Source of the DNA: Candidatus Limnocylindria bacterium
Lineage (GTDB): Bacteria; Chloroflexota; Limnocylindria; QHBO01
Length of the DNA: 46,654 nt
Assembly (NCBI GenBank): GCA_046717345.1
Contig: JBKJVN010000093.1
Coordinates: 1 to 46,654, forward strand
Direction: 5' to 3'
The notes under the pieces are model-generated. The model ran no database searches. It saw only the letters and a program-made list of their open reading frames with translations, and was not told the origin of the DNA. Below are positions 40,347 to 46,654 of the stretch, in pieces. Position numbers and translations under genes: made by a program. The first letter of the stretch is position 1. The number at the start of each line of letters is the position of its first letter.

Positions 40347-41686
40347 CCTACTCCCCGCACACGGACGCCGACCGAGTGGCCATGCTGGAGGCCATTGGGG
40401 TGGCGTCGGTGGACGACCTGTTCGCCGACATTCCCGAATCCGTGCGGGCCACCCGCTTCGACCTTCCGTCGCCCCTGAGCGAGCAGGAGGTGCGGGCCGA
40501 GCTGTCGCGCCTGGCGGGACGGAACCGGATCCCGGAGGTGTCATTCCTCGGTGCGGGCGCGTATCGCCGCCTCATCCCGGCCGTCGTGGACGAGGTCGTG
40601 GGACGGGCCGAGTTCGCCACAGCCTACACGCCGTACCAGCCGGAGGTCAGCCAGGGGACGCTCCAGAGCATCTACGAATTCCAGTCGCTCGTCTGCGAGC
40701 TGACCGGGATGGAGGTCGCCAGCGCGAGCCACTACGACGGGGCGACGGCGACGGCCGAGGGGGCGCTGATGGCATGCCGGCTCACCGGCCGGCATCGGGT
40801 GGCTGTCTCGCGGACGGTCCATCCCCAGGTGCGCCGGGTACTGGAGACGTACTGCTCGGGCCCCGGCGTGGAGGTGGTGGAAGTTCCGGCCGACCTGTCC
40901 GAGGCCGGCTCCGGGCTCACCGACCTGTCCGCCGTCGGCAGCCTGGTTGGCGACGACGTCGCGTGTCTGATCGTCCAGGAACCGAACTTCTTCGGCCTGC
41001 TCGAACCGATGCCCGAGCTGGCTGCGGCGGCCCATGCGGCCGGGGCACTGGTCGTGACTCTGGTCGATCCGGTGAGCCTCGCCCTGCTCGAGGCTCCCGG
41101 CCGCTACGGCGCCGACATCGTGACCGCCGAGGGACAGCAACTGGGCATCCCGCTCGCCTTCGGCGGACCGTATCTGGGGCTCATGGCGGCCCGGATGAGC
41201 GCGGTCCGCCAGCTGCCCGGACGGCTGGTGGGCGCCACCCGGGACGCGGCCGGGCGCCGGGGATACGTGCTCACCCTGCAGGCCCGCGAGCAGCACATCC
41301 GTCGCGAAAAAGCCGCCAGCAACATCTGCACCAACCAGGCGCTGTGCGCCCTGGCCGCCACCGCGTACCTGTCGGCGGTCGGTCCCGAGGGCCTGCGGGA
41401 AGCCGCCGAGCGCTCGACGATCCAGGCCCGCCACCTGGTGGCCACGCTCGAGACGGCCGGCATCGCCGCCCGCCGATTCACGGCGCCGTATTTCAGCGAG
41501 GTTGCGCTGCGCCTCGCCGATGCCGGCGCGCGACATGCCGAGCTCGTCGAGCAGGGCATTCTGGCCGGGCTGGTCATCGAGCCCGACTACCCCGAGCTGC
41601 CCGACACGCTGCTCCTGGCCACGACCGAGCTGACGACCGACGAGGACATCCGGCGGCTGGCCGCCGCCCTGGGAGCCGCGTCGTGA
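40343..41686 (+). CDS. gcvPA: Glycine dehydrogenase subunit 1
   Basis: FLGAG.Y, YTPYQPE.SQG, FGGP, REQHIRREKA.SNICTNQ. Confidence 0.96.
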   Translation: MTYSPHTDADRVAMLEAIGVASVDDLFADIPESVRATRFDLPSPLSEQEVRAELSRLAGRNRIPEVSFLGAGAYRRLIPAVVDEVVGRAEFATAYTPYQPEVSQGTLQSIYEFQSLVCELTGMEVASASHYDGATATAEGALMACRLTGRHRVAVSRTVHPQVRRVLETYCSGPGVEVVEVPADLSEAGSGLTDLSAVGSLVGDDVACLIVQEPNFFGLLEPMPELAAAAHAAGALVVTLVDPVSLALLEAPGRYGADIVTAEGQQLGIPLAFGGPYLGLMAARMSAVRQLPGRLVGATRDAAGRRGYVLTLQAREQHIRREKAASNICTNQALCALAATAYLSAVGPEGLREAAERSTIQARHLVATLETAGIAARRFTAPYFSEVALRLADAGARHAELVEQGILAGLVIEPDYPELPDTLLLATTELTTDEDIRRLAAALGAAS

Positions 41687-43329
41687 GCGCCGTGGGAGAG
41701 CGGTCCACGACCGACGCCTCCGGCCGAGGAGCGGCGTTTCACTCCCCGCCGGCAGGGGAGGGGCTCCGGGTCGTGGAACCGACCCTGTTCGAGCGGTCCC
41801 GGCCCGGGCGGCGCGCCGTTCGATTCCCCGCTCCGTCTGACGCGGCTCGCACAGCGGCCGCCAGCCAGCCGCCGATCCCCGATGCCGCGCGCCGCACCGC
41901 ACCCCTTCGCCTGCCGGAGGTCAGCGAGCTCGAGCTGGTTCGCCACTTCAACCGCCTGAGCCGGCTGAACCACGCCATCGACATTGACTTCTACCCGCTC
42001 GGGTCGTGCACCATGAAGTACAACCCCAAGCTGAACGAATGGGCGGCCCGCCTGCCGGGGCTGGCCGGCTCGCATCCGCTCGATCCCGGCCCACTCAGCC
42101 AGGGCAGCCTGGAGCTCCAGTGGCTCCTGGCCGAGCTGCTGCGCGAGATCGGGGGCTTCGCCGCCGTCAGCCTCCAGCCCGCGGCCGGTGCCCACGGCGA
42201 GCTGACCGGGATGCTCATGACCCGGGCGTTCCACCGGTCGCGCGGCGAGGGCGACCAGCGGCGGGTCGTCCTCGTGCCCGACAGCGCCCATGGCACCAAT
42301 CCGGCCACCGCCAGCATGGTGGGCTTCACGACCCGAACCGTCCCGTCCAACGCCCGGGGCGGCATCGACCTCGACGCGCTGCGGGGTGCACTGGGGCCCG
42401 ACACCGCGGCGCTCATGATCACCAATCCGAGCACGCTGGGGATCTTCGAGGACCAGATCGAAGACGTTCTGAGCGCGGTTCAGGCGGCGGGCGCCATCGC
42501 CTATATGGACGGGGCCAACCTGAACGCGATCCTCGGTCGCTTCCGCGCCGGCGAGGCGGGATTCGACGTCATGCACTTCAACCTGCACAAGACGTTCAGC
42601 ACGCCGCACGGAGGCGGGGGACCGGGAGCCGGACCCATCGGGGTCAGCCCGCGCCTGGCGCCCTTCCTGCCGGCGCCCCTCCCCCAGCTGGTCGAGGGGG
42701 ACCCGGCCACGGTGCTGGCCAATGCGTGGTCCGGCCGCTCGACGCCGGACGCCCGATTCGCACTCGAGGCTCCCGGCGCGCGGCCCACCGCCATCGGGCA
42801 GGTCCGGACGTTCAGTGGCAACTTTGGCATGCACCTGCGTGCGTACGCGTACATCCGCGCCAACGGCGCGGCCGGCCTGCGCCAGGTCACCGACGACGCG
42901 GTGCTGGCCGCCAACTACGTCCGGGTCCGGCTGGGGGACGCCTACGAGCTGCCGTTCGACCGCATCTGCAAGCACGAGGTGGTCTTCAGCGCGCGGCGCC
43001 AGAAGCGCGAGCATGGTGTGAGCGCGCTCGACATCGCCAAGGCCATCCTTGACGAGGGCATCCACCCGCCGACCATCTACTTCCCCCTCATCGTCGAGGA
43101 GGCGCTCATGATCGAGCCCACCGAAACGGAGACGCGCGAGACGCTGGACCGATTCGTCACGATCATGCGGGACATCGCCGAGCGATCAGCGCGCGATCCG
43201 GAAGCGGTTCGACAGTCGCCGCGCACCACGCCGGTGGGCCGCCTGGACGAGGCCGCCGCGGCCCGCCAGCCCGACCTGGCGTGGCCCTTTCCGGAGGCCG
43301 ATCGAACCGGGGCCACGCTCAGCGGGTAG
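41683..43329 (+). CDS. gcvPB: Glycine dehydrogenase subunit 2
   Basis: YPLGSCTMKYNP, SAHGTNPA, NLHKTFSTPHGGGGPG PLP Lys, IEPTETE. Confidence 0.96.
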   Translation: MSAVGERSTTDASGRGAAFHSPPAGEGLRVVEPTLFERSRPGRRAVRFPAPSDAARTAAASQPPIPDAARRTAPLRLPEVSELELVRHFNRLSRLNHAIDIDFYPLGSCTMKYNPKLNEWAARLPGLAGSHPLDPGPLSQGSLELQWLLAELLREIGGFAAVSLQPAAGAHGELTGMLMTRAFHRSRGEGDQRRVVLVPDSAHGTNPATASMVGFTTRTVPSNARGGIDLDALRGALGPDTAALMITNPSTLGIFEDQIEDVLSAVQAAGAIAYMDGANLNAILGRFRAGEAGFDVMHFNLHKTFSTPHGGGGPGAGPIGVSPRLAPFLPAPLPQLVEGDPATVLANAWSGRSTPDARFALEAPGARPTAIGQVRTFSGNFGMHLRAYAYIRANGAAGLRQVTDDAVLAANYVRVRLGDAYELPFDRICKHEVVFSARRQKREHGVSALDIAKAILDEGIHPPTIYFPLIVEEALMIEPTETETRETLDRFVTIMRDIAERSARDPEAVRQSPRTTPVGRLDEAAAARQPDLAWPFPEADRTGATLSG

Positions 43330-43330
43330 T
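43304..43330 (+). promoter_or_regulatory. Putative ECF-sigma autoregulatory promoter GAACC-N16-GGTAGT
   Basis: About 40 nt upstream of the ECF gene; same motif and spacing recur at 44576-44602. Confidence 0.65.
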
Positions 43331-43369
43331 ATCTTCACCGATCCGGCCACTGAGCAGCACGGAGAGCGA

Positions 43370-43966
43370 GTGGTCGACCCACAGGTAATAGGTCTCGTCG
43401 AGCGGATGCAGTCGGGCGACCTGCAGGCGTTCGAGGAGTTCTTTCAGACCTACCAACGTCCTGTCTACCTGACCGCGCTGGCGATCACGCGCGATCCGTT
43501 CCTGGCCGAGGAGATCCTTCAGGACTGCTTCGTCAAGGCCTATCGCGTCCGCCACCGCCTGCGGACCGATGTATCGCCGCTCCCCTGGCTGCAGCGTGTG
43601 TGCACGAACCTGTGCTACAGCCGGCTCTCGCGGCGTCGCGCGCCGCTCGAGCCGCTGACGGACCTCATCGGCAACCTCGCGCCGGACCTGTCCGCCCGCC
43701 CCGACCAGGTCGTCGAGTCGCGGGAGATCGTGGACGTCCTGCAGCGCGGCATTGATGCCCTTCCCCCGAAACAGCAGACCGCGATCATCCTGTACTACCT
43801 GCATGGCTACAGCCTGGCGGAGGCGGCCGAGATCGCCGGCTGCCAGGTGGGCACCATGAAGTCCCGCATCCATTACGCCCTGCGCGCGCTGCGCGTGCTG
43901 CTGCCGGTCGAGCGCCGCGCCCCCCTGCCGCGCCGCGCCCGGCTGGCGGACGAGCGGAGGACCTGA
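43370..43966 (+). CDS. ECF RNA polymerase sigma factor
   Basis: GD..AFE, AEEILQD.F, WL.RV..N, L....GYS..E.A....C.VGT.KSR. Confidence 0.92.
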   Translation: MVDPQVIGLVERMQSGDLQAFEEFFQTYQRPVYLTALAITRDPFLAEEILQDCFVKAYRVRHRLRTDVSPLPWLQRVCTNLCYSRLSRRRAPLEPLTDLIGNLAPDLSARPDQVVESREIVDVLQRGIDALPPKQQTAIILYYLHGYSLAEAAEIAGCQVGTMKSRIHYALRALRVLLPVERRAPLPRRARLADERRT

Positions 43967-43968
43967 GC

Positions 43969-44526
43969 GTGGACTGCCGGCGTGCTGCCCGCGAGCTGAT
44001 CGAGTTCTTCCGCTTCGGCGAGCTCGATGCTCGCTCCGCGCCGCATCTCGAGCACCTCGAGGTGTGCCTGGCCTGCCGCCGGGAAGTCGGCCTAGACCGC
44101 GAACTGGTCATCCAGCTGCACCGCGCCCTGGCGGCGCGGGTCGACGGTCACGCCCCCTCGCCCGGCGCGTGGCTCGAGATCCGCCGCCGCGCCCTCGAGG
44201 ACGAGCGTCCGCGCTGGCGCCTGCGCCTGCAGCCCCTGTCTCGCCTCGCCCTCGTGGGAGGGACCGCAATCGTCCTGCTCGCTCTCGTGGCGCCGGCCGG
44301 CCTGTCGCCGTTCCACGTCCAGCCCGAGCTCGTGTATCGCGAGCCGACCTGGCAGAACTTCGAGGAAGCGGCCTCTGGCGAGCTGGTGGATCCGTACGCT
44401 GGGCGCTGGTGGCTCCGGTATGCGACGCTGGCACCCTCTGCATTGGCCAGCGGATCGCTGGCCACGGTGGACCCCTGGGAGCAGTTGGCGACGCCGTCGC
44501 GACGATCAAGCGGGCCCGTCCATTGA
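43969..44526 (+). CDS. Zinc-binding anti-sigma factor (HxxxCxxC) with single TM
   Basis: N-terminal DC, HLEVCLAC motif, TM helix; directly after the ECF sigma. Confidence 0.85.
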   Translation: MDCRRAARELIEFFRFGELDARSAPHLEHLEVCLACRREVGLDRELVIQLHRALAARVDGHAPSPGAWLEIRRRALEDERPRWRLRLQPLSRLALVGGTAIVLLALVAPAGLSPFHVQPELVYREPTWQNFEEAASGELVDPYAGRWWLRYATLAPSALASGSLATVDPWEQLATPSRRSSGPVH

Positions 44527-44575
44527 ACCTCTCCCGGCCCAGGGCGCCGGGAGCGAACGGCATGGGGAGCGGGCT

Positions 44576-44602
44576 GAACTTCGGGACCCCGGCATGGGTA
44601 GT
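44576..44602 (+). promoter_or_regulatory. Putative ECF target promoter GAACT-N16-GGTAGT
   Basis: Same architecture as 43304-43330. Confidence 0.6.
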
Positions 44603-44889
44603 CAAAGTGGTACCGGGTGTCCGGAAGTCGCCGTGCGCGTCGTGCACAATTCCTTGACGACGACCGTCGCCGCGGGCCATGATTGGTGGGCTTGCCGCGG
44701 GCGCTGTCCAACGGCGTGACGCCGGTGCGCCCCGGTCTTGCTATGCACGATTAGGGAGAGGAGGGCCAGCCGAGCGACGATCGCTGAACGTCGTCATGGC
44801 TTGAATGCTTCGAGCACATGGCGATCGAACCGAACGCCGCTATCCCGCGGCAAATTCCAATAGTCGCCGAAAGGCGAAAGGACATGTGT

Positions 44890-46542
44890 ATGTGGTTTAA
44901 GAAGACCATGGGCGTCGCGATGGCGCTCATGCTTCTGCTGGCAGCTTGCCAGGCGAGCGCTTCGGTGTCGCCGGGCGAGAGCGCGCCAGCCAGTGAGGCG
45001 CCGGCAGTCCCGCAGGTTTTGCGGACCGCTCTCGGCACCGAACCGCCGTCGCTCGATCCCAACGTGGCGACCGACAGCGAGTCGATCCAGGTGCTGCGAT
45101 CAATCACCTATCCACTGGTCTACTTCGACGTGGAACTGAACGTCGTTGACGGCATGGCGTCGTACGAGATCAGCGAAGACGGCCAGACCATCACCTTCAC
45201 CCTGAAGGATGGCTACGCCTACAGCGATGGCCAGCCCATCGTTGCCGGCGATTTCGTCTACAGCTGGCGGCGGCTCATGGACCCCCGTACGGCATCGGAG
45301 TACGCGTACGTCCTCGACTACGTCGTGGGGGGCGTCGAGCTGCGCAACGCCGATCCCGAGGTCGATGACATCGACGCCATGATCGAGGCATTCGGCGTCG
45401 AAGCACCGGACGACAGTACGTTCATCGTTCACCTCGCCCAGCCGGCTGCCTTCTTCGTCTACGTCGCCACCATGTGGCTGACGGTCCCGCTTCGCGAGGA
45501 CATGGTGTTCACCGAGGCCGAAGGCTACATTTCTTCGGGCCCGATGATGCTCACCGAGTGGAACCACAACGCGAACGTCGTCTTGGAGCCGAATCCGAAC
45601 TGGGGAGGCGAGCCCGTGAATCTCGAGCGCATCGAGATGGCGGTCATCGCTGACCAGGCGGCGGCACTCGCGGCGTATGAAGCGGGTGACATCGACATCA
45701 CTGCTCCTCCTGCGGCGGAGATCGCCCGCATCGAGGACGATCCCGAGCTGGCCCCGGATGTGTTCCGCGGCAACAACCTGGGGGTCGAGTACTACGCCTT
45801 CGACCTCAAGGATCCGAACGGGCCATTCGCGCGCTCGGCTCTGTTGCGGCGGGCGTTCCATGAGGCCATCGACAAGGACTCCATGCTCCAGGTGGCGTTC
45901 GGAGGCGTCGGGCTCGTCGCGAATAGCGTCGTGCCGCCCGGCATGCCGGGCCACCAGGATGAGGTGTTCCTGCCGTTCGACCTCAAGCAGGCCCAGGCCG
46001 ACTTCCAAGCCGGCCTGGACGAGCTCGGCCTCGCGTCGGCAGCCGACCTGCAGCTGCAGATCGGTTACAACACCGGAAGCACTCACGAGGGCCGGGTCGA
46101 GTACCTGCAGGAGACGTGGCGCGAAGCCTTCGGGGTCGAGATTGAGCCCGTGGGCATGGAGTTCGGGACCTACCTCGACCGGCTGAGCAGCGATCCGTTC
46201 GACATCTTCCGGCTTGGGTGGAGCGCGGACTTCCCGCACCCCCAGAACTTCCTCAACGACCTGTTGGGCTGCGGAAGCGGCAACAACAACTCCGGGTACT
46301 GCAACGAGGAAGCTCAGGCACTCATGGCCGAGGCGGCTGTGAGCCCCGCGCTGGAGGATCAAGTGGCCCTGTACAACCAGGCCCAGGAGATCATGATGGC
46401 GGACTCGCCGATGATGATGCTCCGCTGGGGCTCGTTCTTCACCCTCGTCAAGCCGTGGATCCAGAACCTGGGTATCACCCCGCTGGACTCCGATGCTGGA
46501 GAGCACTTCTATGCGTGGACGGTCATCGCGCCGCACGAGTAG
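44890..46542 (+). CDS. Peptide ABC transporter substrate-binding lipoprotein (OppA family)
   Basis: Lipobox LLAAC, EPPSLDP, TFTL..G..YSDG.P..A.DF.YSW.R, GW.AD.P.P.NFL; AAAGGA RBS. Confidence 0.92.
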   Translation: MWFKKTMGVAMALMLLLAACQASASVSPGESAPASEAPAVPQVLRTALGTEPPSLDPNVATDSESIQVLRSITYPLVYFDVELNVVDGMASYEISEDGQTITFTLKDGYAYSDGQPIVAGDFVYSWRRLMDPRTASEYAYVLDYVVGGVELRNADPEVDDIDAMIEAFGVEAPDDSTFIVHLAQPAAFFVYVATMWLTVPLREDMVFTEAEGYISSGPMMLTEWNHNANVVLEPNPNWGGEPVNLERIEMAVIADQAAALAAYEAGDIDITAPPAAEIARIEDDPELAPDVFRGNNLGVEYYAFDLKDPNGPFARSALLRRAFHEAIDKDSMLQVAFGGVGLVANSVVPPGMPGHQDEVFLPFDLKQAQADFQAGLDELGLASAADLQLQIGYNTGSTHEGRVEYLQETWREAFGVEIEPVGMEFGTYLDRLSSDPFDIFRLGWSADFPHPQNFLNDLLGCGSGNNNSGYCNEEAQALMAEAAVSPALEDQVALYNQAQEIMMADSPMMMLRWGSFFTLVKPWIQNLGITPLDSDAGEHFYAWTVIAPHE

Positions 46543-46654
46543 AGCAACGCTCCGTTGAGCTGAACTGAACGTCGGGCGGGCCCGCCCCCCGCCCGCCCCA
46601 CCGCCCCGGCGGCCGAGGATTATTCTTAGGGTGGCCTGGCCGGCGAAAGACACA

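Noticed and set aside
44740-44889. c-di-GMP-I or glycine riboswitch before oppA
   Set aside because: GGCAAA, GAAA and GGAGAG fragments are present but the required order and pairing are missing; cmscan would settle it

Overview
High-GC chromosomal core region, most likely from a Chloroflexota bacterium (Limnocylindria/Ellin6529-like; inferred from gene content and protein style, not verified). In order: tRNA-Asn, proline dehydrogenase, a lipoprotein and small hypotheticals; a stand-alone parA-parB pair; tRNA-Ile2; a propionyl-CoA to succinyl-CoA cluster (carboxylase subunits, methylmalonyl-CoA mutase, epimerase) beside sucCD, icd and sdhCDAB; rnhA and RNase P RNA; a dcw cluster from mraZ to yggT that lacks murE, murC and sepF; tRNA-Val; a GT4 glycosyltransferase; Nudix-gcvT-gcvH-gcvPA-gcvPB; an ECF sigma/zinc anti-sigma pair; and an OppA-type lipoprotein. 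No integrase, transposase or CRISPR array was seen. The best candidate for an undescribed system is a non-canonical ParABS module. Its ParB has an altered DNA-specificity code (K-R-D-S instead of R-T-A-G), and two intergenic copies of a 16-bp palindrome, GTCTTT-NN-GC-AAAGAC, lie next to it as a candidate new parS. DnaA boxes sit upstream of both parA and ftsZ. Other signals: an RNase P RNA apparently lacking P13/P14/P18, a duplicated ECF-type promoter, an extra small gene inside the dcw operon, and many apparently leaderless genes.
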